From: Chiloscyllium plagiosum
Lineage: Eukaryota
DNA length: 64,000 nucleotides
Reading direction: 5' to 3'
Assembly (NCBI RefSeq): GCF_004010195.1
Contig: NC_057749.1
Location: 15,371,726 to 15,435,725 of the forward strand
Shown here: positions 13,245-26,386 of the stretch, one piece after another
Layout: each line of letters starts with the position of its first letter
How positions within the stretch are numbered: position 1 is the first letter of the stretch
The notes under the pieces: generated by a model
Told to the model about the DNA's origin: nothing
Seen by the model: the letters and a program-made list of their open reading frames with translations, nothing else
Database searches by the model: none
Translations under genes and position numbers: made by a program

Positions 13245-13610
13245 AAAGTTAAACATCACACATCACCAGGTTATAGTCCAACAGGTTTAACTGGAAGCAC
13301 TAGCTTTCGAAGCACTGCTCCTTCATCAGGTGGCTGTCATACCCCTGATGAAGGAGCAGCGCTCCGATAATTAGTGCTTCCAATTAAACCTGTTGGACTA
13401 TAACCTGGTGTTGAAGGGATGAAGGGCTTTTCCCGAAACGTCGATTTTCCTGCTCCTTGGATGCTGCCTGACCTGCTGTGCTTTTCCAGCACCATTCTGA
13501 TCTAAACTCTGGTTTCCATCATCTGCAGTCCTCACGTTTGCCTATAACCTGGTGTTGTGTGATTTTTAACTTTGTACACCCCAGTTCAACACCAGCATCT
13601 CCAAATCATG
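13245..13610. mobile_element. Fold-back Penelope cassette (family B) with a nested family A fragment (13414-13541)
   Basis: Inverted arms carry two hammerhead cores. The nested insert is flanked by a 16-bp TSD ctataacctggtgttg (13398-13413 / 13542-13557). Confidence 0.8.
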
Positions 13611-13934
13611 ATATTGTACAGAAATGTTTATGCAACAAAATATCACAGAAGGCAAGTGTGGAAAAGGAGAATAACAAGGATGAATTGAGAGTTTTGGAAT
13701 GTAGCTAAAGGTAGGTTTGGAATAATGTGAAATAAATGTGACGGGGAGGGTGGTAGTAAGGTAGATGGGGATGAGAGTGGACATTCTGGGGTTGAGAGTT
13801 ATGGTGACTTAAGACCAGGGCACCAAGTGAGCAGGGGAAAGGAAAATCTGAAACTCCTTCAAGATTGGATTTCCTGTACAATCACTTTTAAATTTTCACT
13901 TCACTGAAACTATGATGAATGGTAAAAAGTAACT

Positions 13935-14600
13935 GAAAGGACTGCGGATGCTGTAAATCAGGAACAAAAATAGAAGTTGCTGGAAAAGCTCAGCAGGTCT
14001 GACAGTATGTGTGCAGAGAAATCAGAGTTAACGTTTCGGGTCGAGTGACCCTTCTTCAGAACTGATGGTAGCGAGGAAAATGTGGTTTATAAGCAGAAGA
14101 TAGGGTTGGGGTGAGGGAGAGGAGTAAATGATAGGTAGGAATAGAGCACACAGAGAGAGAAGAACAGTTGGACAGACAAAGGAGTGGCTAATGATTTAGC
14201 TAGGAAGGTGAATAGCTATTAACGAGGACTGTTGGTGGCTAACAATGGGTTGTGCGCAATAGCAGACTATATGATAACAAGGTCCTGATGAAGGGCTTTT
14301 GCCCAAAACGTCAATTTTCCTGCTCCTCGGATGTTGTCTGACCTGCTGTGCTTCTTCAGCACCACTCTGATCTAAACTCTGGGTTCCACCATCTGCAGTC
14401 CTCACTTTTGCCTATATGTCAGTGGGGGTAGGAGTAAGGTTATGGGAGAGCTCAAGCCCTAAAGCTTTTCAACTCAATATTGAGTCCAGAAGGCTGCAAG
14501 GTCCCCAAGTGGAAAATGAGATGCTGTTCTTCCAGCTTGCGCTGAGCTTTTCTGGAGCACTGCAGCAACCCTGAGGCAGACATGTTGCCCAGAGAACAGC
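13935..14600 (-). mobile_element. Penelope-like element (family C): GIY-YIG C-terminus plus hammerhead terminus, with a nested family A fragment (14281-14412)
   Basis: Minus strand 14470-14550 reads AQRKLEEQHLIFHLGTLQPSGLNIE; intact hammerhead at 14021-14066. Confidence 0.8.
14021..14066 (-). ncRNA. Putative minimal type-I hammerhead ribozyme (family C)
   Basis: aucaguu-CUGAAGA-a-GGGUC acuc GACCC-GAAA-CGUU-aacucugau: stem I AGUU/AACU, 5-bp stem II, ACGU palindrome, GUU cleavage triplet. Confidence 0.7.
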
Positions 14601-15338
14601 CTTTGTCTATGATGGATGGTGCTCACCGCATTGTAAAACAATGCATACTGCTCTTATTAACAATGTAGAGCATTCCTTCCAGTAAAAGCCTGGTTCTGTC
14701 ATAGACAGTTCACACAACACAATCAACACTGAAACAAAAACAGAAATCGGCAGTGAAACTCAGCAGGTCTGGCAGCATCCGTGTGAAGACAGCAGAGTTC
14801 ACATTGAGTCTGGTCCTATGACAGTCACTGGATTTGAAATCTTTTTCCCCACTGATGCTGCCAAACCGCTGCGGTTCATCAGCGATTTCTGCTTTTGTTT
14901 CAGATATCCAGCTTCCGCAGTTCTTTGTTTTATTTTCAAATCAACACAGTGTCTGCCTGTTGATTGGGAGCCAACGATCAGAGCTGCAAATGTACATTTA
15001 TATAGTGCCTTTAACATAGTAAGATTCCCCAAAGTACTTTACACCACAGGCACTTAAAGAAAACCAACACTGAGCCAAAGGCTTGGGGAGAAGGGGTAGG
15101 TCTTAAAGGATGAAAGGCAGAGCATTAGATAGCTTTAAGGAGGGAGTTCCTAAACAATGGCTGAGGTAGCTGAAGGGCACAGTCACCAACGGTGGGATGA
15201 AAGAGGACTTTTAAGAAGCGAGAATTGTAGGAATGTTTTGAGAAAGGGTGTGATTTTACACACAGGGGTGACTGAGGAAAGAAATGGGTGGTGTTTGGCG
15301 TCTGTGATGGGGCACAGAAATGCTTCTAAGAGACTTAC

Positions 15339-15444
15339 AGTGATCCTCAGCTCTGCCAGTGGATGCGTAGGCCTCTGCTAGAGCATGAGTTATTTGTCCC
15401 TCCTCCTCTCCAGAGGCAGAATTAGTCAGTACGATGGAATGAGC
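15339..15444 (-). CDS. TTC23L: Coding exon (AHSIVLTNSASGEEEGQITHALAEAYASTGRAEDH)
   Basis: Acceptor gtgtgttttacag, donor T|gtaagt; 106 nt, phase 0 to 1. Confidence 0.9.
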
Positions 15445-15874
15445 CTGTAAAACACACAAGAGATCCAGGTTTACATTACAGGGCTGGAACTGCCAGCTCC
15501 TTATTGCAGGCCAGGAGACTGAAACTGATCATGGTGGAACACTGGAGAAATTCTACAGAGTATGTCCGAGTACAAGACATTAGAAACTCCATTCAGTGAC
15601 AGTAATATGTAGGACTGAGCAAATTTTACAAATTAAAATAAATGACATTAAATCTCAAAATATTAAATGATAACGTTATCCTTTAAAAAGAGGGCCTAAA
15701 TCCATGTAGCAAGTTAAGCTGTGCTGCCCAGATCACAGTGGTTTCTGCTTGCCCCTGCATTGCAGGTGAGGATGACTGTCTTCCATGAGTCCAGAGGTGA
15801 TAGAGTAAGCTAATTTGGGATTGGCAGGCTTTATAGCAAGTTGGCCATTTATTGTCCTGTGGGATGTCTTGTCA

Positions 15875-16590
15875 TAGAGTCATAGAGAGGTACAGCATGG
15901 AAACAGACCCTTCAGTCCAACTCGACCAAGCCGACCAGATATCCCAACCCAATCTAGTCCTATTTGCCAGCATTTGGCCCATATCCCTCTAACCCTTCCT
16001 ATAGATATACCCATTCAGATGTCTTTTAAATGTTGAAATTGTACCAGCCTCCACCACTTCCTCTGGCAGCTCATTCCACACACGTACCACCCTCTGTGTG
16101 GAAAAAGTTGCCCCTTAGGCCGTTTTTAAATCTTTCCCCTCTCACATTAAACCTATGCCTTCTAGTTGTGGTCTCCTCCACCCTGGGGAAAAAAACTTGT
16201 CTATTTATCTAATCCATGTCCCTCATGATTTTACAAACCTCTAAAAGGTCACCCCTCAGCCTTCAATGCTCCAGGGAAAATAGCTCCAGCCTATTCAGCC
16301 TCTCCCTACAGCTTAAACCCTCCAACCCTGGCAACATCCTTGTAAATGTTTTCTGAATCCTTTCAAGTTTCACAACACCCTTCCCATAGCAGGGAGACGA
16401 GAGTTGCACGCAGTACTCCAAAAGTAGCCTCAATAATGTCATATACAGCTGCAACATGACCTCTCAATTCTTGAAGAAGGGCTTATGCCCGAAACGTCGA
16501 TTCTCCTGTTCCCTGGATGCTGCCTGACCTGCTGCGCTTTTCCAGCAACACATTTTCAGCTCTCAATTCCTATACTCAATGCTCTTATAA
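15875..16590 (-). mobile_element. CR1/HER1 LINE 3' end with a nested family A Penelope fragment (16471-16559)
   Basis: ORF2 C-terminus on the minus strand; insert flanked by a 10-bp TSD ctctcaattc (16461-16470 / 16560-16569). Confidence 0.88.
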
Positions 16591-18304
16591 GAGGACTCAA
16601 AATAATTTTTATTTGTCAAGGATCCTTCTTGAAATTAGCTGCAGGGCCCAGTTTTGATTTTCAGGGGCTACTTTCTGGCTTTCAGGGGCTCCTTTTTGCA
16701 GTATCATTAACTCCTTCATTCGGTAATGCAGTCACCTAGTAAAAACACCATCTGAATTTGTGTTGGTTTATGAAGGAATTGGACCCACACTGAAGCAGAA
16801 TTAGGAAAATTCTTCAATGTCCTCAATAAGTATCACCATTCCTTTAAACTTACATCCACAATACACAAGGTATGCCTTAGCTTCTTATACATCTCAGTAT
16901 TTAAATTGACATGGACAACAGGCAAAAGTTAGCAAATACTTTTATAAAGGAAGTACAGAATACTGACACCCTTCAGTACACAAAAATCAACATCTTCAAC
17001 ATGCTTTTTCATGGTCTGGTGGGGTTACAGCTAAACCATTGCATGGTTACCTCAAACACTTATCACTGCACCTTAAGTAATTTGTAATATCTAAGATGCT
17101 TTGAGATGTGATAACACACAGATGCCAAATTTTAGGGAATAAAGCTGCTTGATATTAAGTGATATAATCGCTAGTGCTGATTACTAAAATATCCACATTT
17201 CACATTGTAGCTCCTGATCACCTGCAGCTTTAACCAAGAGACTCCACACTGATTTGCACGGAATTCATGACCTCAATTTTCCCATTTCCGGCTAGGTGAT
17301 GATTCCTTTGTTGTAAAGTTTAAAACTATTTCTACCCTTCGCAATCCTTTGCAGGCTCTTACTCCCTGTTGCAGCCACACTCCCCACTTTGCAGCCTCTC
17401 AATCTCCCCTGACAGCTCCTCCCTCCACAACGTTACAGCCCCACACGCTGCACCTCTCTTCACACTTTGCAGCCTCACTTCCTCTCCAGGCTCTCGAGCT
17501 CGAGCCACCCAATTAAAACAGACCAGGAGGACTTTCCTGTCTTGGAAGGTAGTGAATTTGCGAAATCTTTCCTGCAGAAGGCTGTCGAGTCTGGGATGTG
17601 AAGTTCAAGGTTGAGATAGACTTTTAATCAGTAAGGGAATCAAGGGTCAGGGGGAAAGGCAGGAAAATACAGGTGAGGATGAACAGATCTCACTGAGTGG
17701 TGGAGCAGACTTGATGGGCTGAATGGCCTACTTCTGCTTCTATCCTTACGGTCTTATAGTAGGATCTGCTAAATGTTTCCAGTTATTGCAACTCCTGAAT
17801 TTATAAAACCTTAAACTATTCACTCCCCATTTATTTGCAAAGAATTTATTCTCCTCAGGGATTTTAAGTTTTCTTGGGTTCCTGTTAACTGAATGTTCCT
17901 TTTCTGACATGTTTAAAACTGCTCTCTCTTATTTATAGCCTTTGCCTCCTTCTCTTGTGGCGTGGCATGGCACCGCACCTCATCTCACCTGTTCCAATGA
18001 CCATCTAATAGCCAACTCTCTCCTTTTCTCCAACACTCTCCCACCACCAGAGGACAAATCTCCTTGCCTTGGCACAAAGTGAGGACCCAGAGACTCCCTC
18101 GCTGCTATCATGCTGACTCTATGAGCTGCCACAGTGAACTCATAGAGTCAGCAAATACAGGAGACAACTAACCTGTGATTGGAGGAGTTCCTCCTTCCTG
18201 TTCTACTCATGGGCAGGGGTTGACATCACCTTGTGAGTGAGGTTTCATGGGAGGTGGTCATTGCCTGCCACCTGTGTAGCATTAACGTCACTTGCCACTT
18301 AGCA

Positions 18305-18520
18305 TCAGAGAGTTGGGGTCAGTTAGCTGGATGGCTGGTTTGTGATGCAGAGATGCTAGCAGCTTGGGTTCAATTCCTGCACTGACTGAGGTTACCATGA
18401 AGAACTCTCCTTCTCAATGTCATCCCCTCACCTGACCCTCAGGTTAAACCACCACTACCTGTCTTGCTGTCTCTAATGAGGAAGCAGCCCTTTGGTTCAG
18501 TAGGAATATGGCTACTTTAT
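18305..18520 (+). mobile_element. tRNA-derived SINE of a different family
   Basis: B-box GGTTCAATTCC with an upstream A-box-like tagctgg, followed by a non-tRNA body. Confidence 0.55.
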
Positions 18521-18998
18521 CTTTACTTATCAGCCCAAGCTGCTGATGTGGATGGTAACTTGTATGAGATGCTACCTGGGTGGGGAATGAAAAAACACTT
18601 CTATCCAACTGAAGAAGCCACAACCTACATGGAAAATTTATGAGCATATCAATGCAACAGCTGCACATTTAATGCCTTTTTTTTCGTTATTCATCGCTTG
18701 TGAGGGCATCACAGCTGAATGTGGACACATACAACCACATGTCAGTGACCAGGATAAGCAATCCTTATTTTACTGTACTTTCTTCCTGGGTCCCACAGGC
18801 ACTGAACCCTCCCCGCTGCCTTTTTCAAACAACTGACCCTGCACAGACTGAGGAGTGAGTCCGAGAGCTCTGTAACATCTGCAGCCCAGTTCCATTTGAC
18901 TGGATCATCAACAGAGGTGTCACAAAGCTAGTCCACTTTTTTTTCCTAAAAGCTGTTCCTTGGCTCAAGGATACTCTGTCCTTGCTATTTTTCAGAGG

Positions 18999-19560
18999 GG
19001 TAACAAACCAGGCCAGGCTCCGATCAGTCTGGCTTGGTACAGAGATGAAAAGAATTTTGACAGGTCTTTTGTTTATAGGTAAACAGATGCGACTTCAGGC
19101 CAAAGTGGTCATGTTTTAGAAGTGACCTGTATAATGAAAGGGGAGTGGTCAGCTCTCTAGCTGAGTAGTTTAGTCTAGCCTTGAACTGGTGAGGGATTCA
19201 ACAGGGAGCTGTGTGGAAACTCTCTCTCTCTTTCTGGCCTTCAACTTCAACATGTAAGTATGTGTTCCATTTATATTGGTTTTTAAAGGGAGTTTGCTTA
19301 TTGGGACTGTTGTGTATATTCGGAACAGCATAATTAAGTCTAGTTTGGATAGACTGAGTTCTTAGGGGTTCTTTATTCTGTTCTTTGAGTTTCATTGTGT
19401 AATTTTGTGAATAAGTTTTTGTCTGTTTTAAAATCTAGTAGTCAACCTAGCTAACCTACTCCGGGCAATTTTCGGTGTACACTTACCGAAACAAATTGCA
19501 AAGTTAGATCTGGGCTGCCTGCTCAAGAATGTTTTGAATGGTCTGGCCTAATCCATAACA
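18999..19560. mobile_element. Probable solo LTR (Gypsy-like)
   Basis: Begins (T>G)GTAACA, ends ATAACA, and is flanked by a 4-bp direct repeat GAGG (18995-18998 / 19561-19564). Confidence 0.5.
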
Positions 19561-19824
19561 GAGGCAGAGCAGTGTTTCCCAAACATATCCCCCCAAATGT
19601 GACCCCATGCCGAGGTTTGAAAATTGGTGCGCCTGGCCTTCCAGTCATAATGGGATGACAGAGTGTAGGAGGGAGCTGTCAGAGTAAGGACCTTGTTAAA
19701 AGGGGGTACAGCTGTTTTAACTCGGTTAGAGCTCCACAGTGACCACTCTGGAGTCTCAGAACACCAAACTCTCAGCTTGTGAACCCACCTTGAAGCAGAT
19801 AGTGAATTGCAACCTTTATATCGA

Positions 19825-20428
19825 CAGGATTGGAATTCATGGATGAAGAACTTATGCTGCAGTTATACAAAACTCTGGTTGGACTGCACTTGGAGCACTG
19901 TGAGCAGATCAGGGCCCAACACCTTAGGAAGGATAGATTGGAGGGTGTACAATGTAGGTTTATAAGAATAATACCTGGACGGCAGGGGTTACATTATGAG
20001 GACAGACTATACAAATTTTGCCTGTTTCTCCAGAATTCAGAAGGGTAAGGGTTGATCTGATTGAAGTCTTCAAGGTATTAACAGGAAATGACAGGGTTGA
20101 CAAACTACTTCCACTGGTTGGGGATTCTAGAACAATCAGTCATAGTCTGAGAATTAGGACCGGACTATTCAGGAGAGATGTTAGGAAGCACTTTTACACA
20201 CAAAGGCTGGGAGATGCTCTGAACTCTTTTTCACAAACTACAGTGGATGCTGGATCAATTGTTAACTTTCAAATTAAAATAGATAATTTTTGTTAAGCAA
20301 AGGTATTAAGAGATATGGGCCAAAGGCAGGTATATGGAGTTAGGCCACAGATCAGCCAAGATCTCATTGAATGGCAGAAAAGGCATGGGGGGGCTGAATG
20401 GCCTCCTCCTGTTCCTATGTTCCTATAA
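19825..20428 (+). mobile_element. CR1-group LINE 3' end (second subfamily)
   Basis: LYKTLVxxHLEHCEQ...RRVRVDLIEVFK...; tail gggctgaatggcctcctcctgttcctatgttccta. Confidence 0.85.
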
Positions 20429-21274
20429 ACCCATTCCACCAAAACTCTGAACAACTGATGTTTTGAAAATAGATTATATGCCTCCACTATGGAGGCAGAA
20501 GCAAATGTTCTCTACTCTTAACCTTGGTAAATGAAATTATTTAGGGCATCAATTTAAAATAAAAGGTACTAATCTGCTAATACCATTAATGTAGAGCTTC
20601 TTTTAATTATATTCAGATGAGTGAAGTTCCAAATGTTCAGCTCTCAAAGGAAAGTGGGTGTGGTTGGGATTAATTGAATCGAGGGATAAAATGGAGATAT
20701 ATTTATTGTAATCTATGGTAAGTCTAGCACTTGGAAGTGAAATGAAAATAGATTAGCACTCAAGGTGTGTGGGCACAGCCCATTCATCAATTTGAAAGAC
20801 AGATTGAACATTAAACATTCCAATACATTGCTTCGTGCAGTTTGCTAATCCTACAGAGGACGTGCCCAATATTAACTTCCTTGAGACGATTTTTATTTTG
20901 ACCATATTAACCATGTCTAAGCCTGCAGTGAGCTGCCACTTCATTTATGAGAGTGAGTGGCCAATTGTTTTGGCTTGTCTATTTAAGTGAGGATCCTTGA
21001 ACTTATGGTGAGCATATTTATAAACATAAAATCAGAAACCATGAGAAGCTCTGATTTGTTTTTAAAAACAGAAATGAGAAAGTTCTTGATGACTCGTGTT
21101 TTTGATCATGGAAAGTTAACACAAACCAATTCTGTAGTCTCAACATACAGCTCAGGAGGTTTTGGGTTCAAATCCTAATCCAGGAACTCAAGCACAAAAG
21201 TCTTGGCTGATCCAGTATTTATTTAATGAGGGAAGGTGAAACCAGCCTTGGTTGACTATTTGTATGGAATTTGT

Positions 21275-21522
21275 TCATTTTCCCTTTGTCTGCGTGGGTT
21301 TCCTCCGGACAGTCCAAAGGTATGCAGGTTAGGTACAATGGCGACGCCAGAATGCCCCATAGTCTCCAGAGAGGTGTCTGCTAGGTGGATTTGCCATGGG
21401 AAATAGGGGCATTACAGGGATAGGAGAGGTGTGGTAGGTCAGGCTGGGATGCTCTTCACAGGTTATGTGTGGACTCAATGGGCTGAATGGCCTGCTTCCA
21501 TGCTGTAAGGATTCCATGATTC
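21275..21522 (+). mobile_element. HE1-type SINE, degenerate
   Basis: V-domain remnant and tail. Confidence 0.7.
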
Positions 21523-22414
21523 ACCCATGGGAGTTTCGAAGAATGAGTGTGAACTTAGAGTCACAGAGCTTTTACAGCACAGAAATAGGCTATTTGGCCC
21601 AGCTGTCATCAAACTCTAATCTCATTTTCCAGGACTTGGCTCATAGCCTTATCTGCAATGGTGTATCAAATGCTTAGCTAAATGCTCCTTAAATGTCTTT
21701 ATGTTTCCTGTCTCTACTATCCCTTTAGGCAGAATCCAGATATTCATAAACCTCTGGGTGAGAAAAATGTTTCCTCAAATTCCCTCTGTGGGAATTGGAC
21801 TGTGGGAGGAAACCCACCCAGACACAAGCAGAATATGCAAACTCCAAACAAACAGCTTTGTAGAGCTGTAAACTTCCTGCTTCTTACCTTAAACTATGCT
21901 GTTTGGTTTCTGACCCCTGTCCTCAGGGGAGAAGGTTCTCCTTGTCTAACCCCCCCCTCAGAACTTTGTACACTTCAAACAGGTCCCCCTGAGCCGTATC
22001 CACACTAAGGAAAATAATGCCAGGCTGTCTCACCTCTCTTCACAGTTGAATTGCTCCAGTCCAGGTAACATCCTGGTGAGTCTTCTGTGTAACCATATCA
22101 TCCTACAGTGTGATGGCCAGAACTGTAAACAGTACTCCAGCTGTGGCCTAACTAACATTATATACAGCTCCATCATATCCTCCTTGAAACATATACAGTT
22201 ACTTCATTAGGAGACTGCATAGGTTGGATATCAGGTGTTTCCTCATGGAGACTAGAACCAGGAAGCACCATTTAGGAATAAGAAGTCTCCACTTTAAGAT
22301 AAAGATGAGAATTTGTTTCCCTCAGAGGCTCAGCTGGTGAAAGGCTCTTCCTGAGAAAGCAGTTGAGGTTGGGTCATTGAATTCTTGAAGGCTGAGTTAG
22401 ATTGCTTTTTACAA

Positions 22415-23190
22415 AAAGCAAATTACTGCTGGAGATTTGAAAGAAAAACAGGGAAGCTGGAGTAACTCAACAGGTCTGGCAGCACATGTGGAGAGAGAAA
22501 CAGAATGGACGTTTTGAGTCCTTTCTGACTCTTGTTTGGAACTGAAGGAGGCTGGACAACTGATGGTTTCTCTGAAGCTGACAAAGTGGGGAGAAGGAGC
22601 ACAGGGAACAAACAGGAAAGGTGGCCAAAGCAAACAGAGTGCTAATGGTAGGAGAGGAGATACAAATAGAGGGTCGATGTTAAGCAGCAGAAAATAGGTC
22701 AGCTTTGTTGAGAGTGAACTCATGCAAGTGGCACAGTGGTTAGCACTGCTGCCTCACAGTGCCAGGGATTCAGGTTCGATGCCGGCCTTGGGCAACTGTC
22801 TGTGTAGAGCTTGCACATTCTCCCCACTTCTGGATGGGTTTCCTCCCACAGTCCAAAGATGTGCAGGTTAGGTGCATTGGCCATGCTAAATTGCCCATAG
22901 TGTCCAGGGATGTGTAGGTTAGGTGCATTAGTGAGGGGAAATGTAGAGCAATGTGGGAAACTCTTTGGAGGGTCAGTGTGGACATGTTGGGCCAAATGGC
23001 CTGTTTCCACACTGGAGGGATTCTATTCTTCTATGTAAATAAATCAGGGAGTGAGGGTGGGCTAATCAAAACGGGGGAGAGGGATCATGGTCTGAAGTTG
23101 TTGAACTCAACGTTGAGTCCTCAAGGGTGTAAAGTGCCTGAGTAGAAAATGAGGTATTTTCCTCTTGTTTGCATTGAGCTTTACTGCAGT
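22415..23190 (-). mobile_element. Penelope family C remnant split by an HE1 SINE (22725-23020, +)
   Basis: GIY-YIG C-terminal remnant (LIFYSGTLHP*GLNVEFN) at 23095-23155; terminus at 22415-22545. Confidence 0.7.
22725..23020 (+). mobile_element. HE1-type V-SINE
   Basis: gtggttagcactgctgcctcacag...ggttcgat head, V-domain and tail. Confidence 0.88.
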
Positions 23191-23436
23191 AGACCGAGGG
23201 GAAACCCCTTGCTCTCCTCCTCATGTTTCTGTAACCATCACTCTCCAGCCAACCAGCAACAGTACTCTCTCATCCGCTGAGCTACAACTCATCTCACTGG
23301 ATCTGAAATTTCACCCAGGGGCCTCATCCAGAAACTGAAGAATGACAACGTTCAGTGGGGATTTCTTCTGACCATTTCTCTGCACTTGCCCATGATGCTG
23401 AGTCCAAATGGACCATGATGTCACCTCAGCTCTTAC

Positions 23437-23614
23437 CTCCATGAGGAGCTGTGTGCTGGTGTCATGGGCACCTCTAGCACGCTCTGCTGCTGCCAAATCC
23501 CGATAGATAGAGACACACTCTATGCTGTTTTCACCCTTATCGACCTTCACTATTTGCAGCACTTTCTCAAAACACGCCACGGCTTCTACTGCCTTGTTCT
23601 CCTTCATGTACAAC
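23437..23614 (-). CDS. TTC23L: Coding exon (R-LYMKENKAVEAVACFEKVLQIVKVDKGENSIECVSIYRDLAAAERARGAHDTSTQLLME)
   Basis: Acceptor atcctccag, donor GAG|gtaaga; 178 nt, phase 2 to 0; TPR-like KGExSxECV motif. Confidence 0.92.
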
Positions 23615-24575
23615 CTGGAGGATTACAGATACATTCATTCAGCTGTAGTACGTTTCAGACCAATTCCAACCCGATGTTCAAATTTTGAGCGATGGGAATA
23701 CAAACTGGAAGAGATGGTTGCTAATGTGCTATCCACCATGATGCACTACAGCGCACACTTGGACCCACCTGAATGACCTCTAATTTATGAAATGAAATCT
23801 CCAATGAGGAGGCTGAGTGGCTCTCGGGGACATCAGCATGTCTGTCACATTGCAAAATGCACATAGTCTACTCAGAGTGGAAAACATGATGGCTAAACAC
23901 GTTCTATGTTACTTTATGTGGTCTCACTGACTTCTACCTCAATACCTTTCTCTACACCAAAGCTTTCTGACATCTCTGGAACATGAATCTTCTCAGCAAC
24001 TATGACTCTAAATGGGACTAGATCTGTTTAGAATGTCTGGTTGGTACAGATGAGTTGGACTGAAGGGGCTGTTTCTGTGCTGCATAACTCTGCCTGTTGT
24101 GGGCTATGCCTGTGACCTCCAGCACAGGAAGGGCATTGGCAATAGATCCTTAATCCACTCCAGGGATTGTGCCATGTGGTGTTGCCACCAATCTGACCCA
24201 CACTTTACATGCAGCTTTGAGCTACAGCTGGTAATGGCAGAAGCTCCATATATTCTTCCTGACACATGGTCGTCTAAGAATCTATCCCACTGTCACCTTT
24301 GGAAAGATTGTATCTTCCTTGGAGGTTATGTCCTGGAGTAAGACTTGAACACTGAGCTTTTGGCTCAGAAGCAGGGAGGCTATCCACTGTGCCAGAAGAC
24401 CTTCTGTAACACAAATAAATGAACCAAATTTAATTCAATCATGTTCATAGTCACAGATGGAGAAACCATCCTGAGATTCCCCAGTAAAGGGAGGTGGGAC
24501 AATCAGGGAGATTCCCTGCTCCTAACTGGAACTAGATCAAAAGTCACATGACACCAGGTTATAGTCCAACAGGTT

Positions 24576-24892
24576 TAGATTAGATTAGATTAGATTAGAT
24601 TACAGTGTGGAAACAGGCCCTTCGGCCCAACAAGTCCACACCAACCCGCTGAAGCGAAACCCACCCATACCCCTACATTTATCCCTTATCTAACACTACG
24701 GGCAATTTAGTATGGCCAATTCACCTGACCCTACACATCTTTGGACTGTGGGAGGAAACCAGAGCACCCGGAGGAAACCCACGCAGACACGGGGAGAACG
24801 TGCAAACTCCACACAGTCAGTCGCCTGAGGCGGGAATTGAACCCGGGTCTCTGGCGCTGTGAGGCAGCAGTGCTAACCACTGTGCCACCGTG
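24576..24892 (-). mobile_element. Young HE1-type V-SINE with (TCTAA)n tail
   Basis: Near-consensus copy; short TSD gttta; inserted in a family B Penelope arm. Confidence 0.92.
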
Positions 24893-25007
24893 TTTATTTG
24901 AATTACAAGCTTTTGGAGCATTGTTGAGAGTGTGCTGCTGGAAAAGCACAGCAGGTCAGCATCCGAGGAGCAGGAGAATCGACGTTTCAGGCATAAGCCC
25001 TTCATCA

Positions 25008-26345
25008 CAGAACATAGAACATCGCAGTACAGGCCCTTCAGCCTTCGATGTTGCGCTGACCTGTCATACCAATCTGAAGCCCATCCCACCTACACTATTC
25101 CATGTACGTCCATATGCTTGTCCAATGACAACTTAAATGTACTTAAAGTTGGCGAATCTACTACCGTTGCAGGTAAAGCATTCCATACCCTTACTACTCT
25201 CTGAGTAAAGAAACTACCTCTGACATCTGTCCTATATCTATCACCCCTCAATTTAAAGCTATGCCCNNNNNNNNNNNNNNNNNNNNNNNNNNNNNNNNNN
25301 NNNNNNNNNNNNNNNNNNNNNNNNNNNNNNNNNNNNNNNNNNNNNNNNNNNNNNNNNNNNNNNNNNNNNNNNNNNNNNNNNNNNNNNNNNNNNNNNNNNN
25401 NNNNNNNNNNNNNNNNNNNNNNNNNNNNNNNNNNNNNNNNNNNNNNNNNNNNNNNNNNNNNNNNNNNNNNNNNNNNNNNNNNNNNNNNNNNNNNNNNNNN
25501 NNNNNNNNNNNNNNNNNNNNNNNNNNNNNNNNNNNNNNNNNNNNNNNNNNNNNNNNNNNNNNNNNNNNNNNNNNNNNNNNNNNNNNNNNNNNNNNNNNNN
25601 NNNNNNNNNNNNNNNNNNNNNNNNNNNNNNNNNNNNNNNNNNNNNNNNNNNNNNNNNNNNNNNNNNNNNNNNNNNNNNNNNNNNNNNNNNNNNNNNNNNN
25701 NNNNNNNNNNNNNNNNNNNNNNNNNNNNNNNNNNNNNNNNNNNNNNNNNNNNNNNNNNNNNNNNNNNNNNNNNNNNNNNNNNNNNNNNNNNNNNNNNNNN
25801 NNNNNNNNNNNNNNNNNNNNNNNNNNNNNNNNNNNNNNNNNNNNNNNNNNNNNNNNNNNNNNNNNNNNNNNNNNNNNNNNNNNNNNNNNNNNNNNNNNNN
25901 NNNNNNNNNNNNNNNNNNNNNNNNNNNNNNNNNNNNNNNNNNNNNNNNNNNNNNNNNNNNNNNNNNNNNNNNNNNNNNNNNNNNNNNNGACCTACCCTTC
26001 ACAAAACCGTGCTGACTATCCCTAATCAAATTATTCTTTTCTAGTTGATTATAAATCCTATCTCTTATAACCTTTTCCAACACTTTACCAACAACTGAAG
26101 TAAGGCTCACTGGTCTATAATTACCTGGGTTGTCTCTACTCCCCTTCTTGAACAGGGGAACCACATTTGCTATCCTCTAGTCTTATGGCACTATTCCTGT
26201 AGACAATGACGATTTAAAGATCAATGCTAAAGGCTCGGCAATCTCCTCCCTGGCTTCCCAGAGGATCCTAGAATACATCCCATCTGGCCCAGGGGACTTA
26301 TCTATTTTCACACTCTGCAGGATTTCTAATACCTCTTCCTTGTGA
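25008..26345 (-). mobile_element. CR1 LINE (RT region and 3' end) spanning an assembly gap
   Basis: VPLFKKGSRDNPGNYRPVSLTSVVGKVLEKVIRDRI...QHGFVKGR, with the tail at the left end. Confidence 0.88.
25267..25988. other. Assembly gap (N run)
   Basis: Run of N. Confidence 1.
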
Positions 26346-26386
26346 ATTGCCCTGGACTATAATCTGGTATCGTGTAGCTTTTGATC

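Noticed and set aside
25259..26164. Long ORFs containing X runs (also 40268-41059)
   Set aside because: Artefacts of N gaps.
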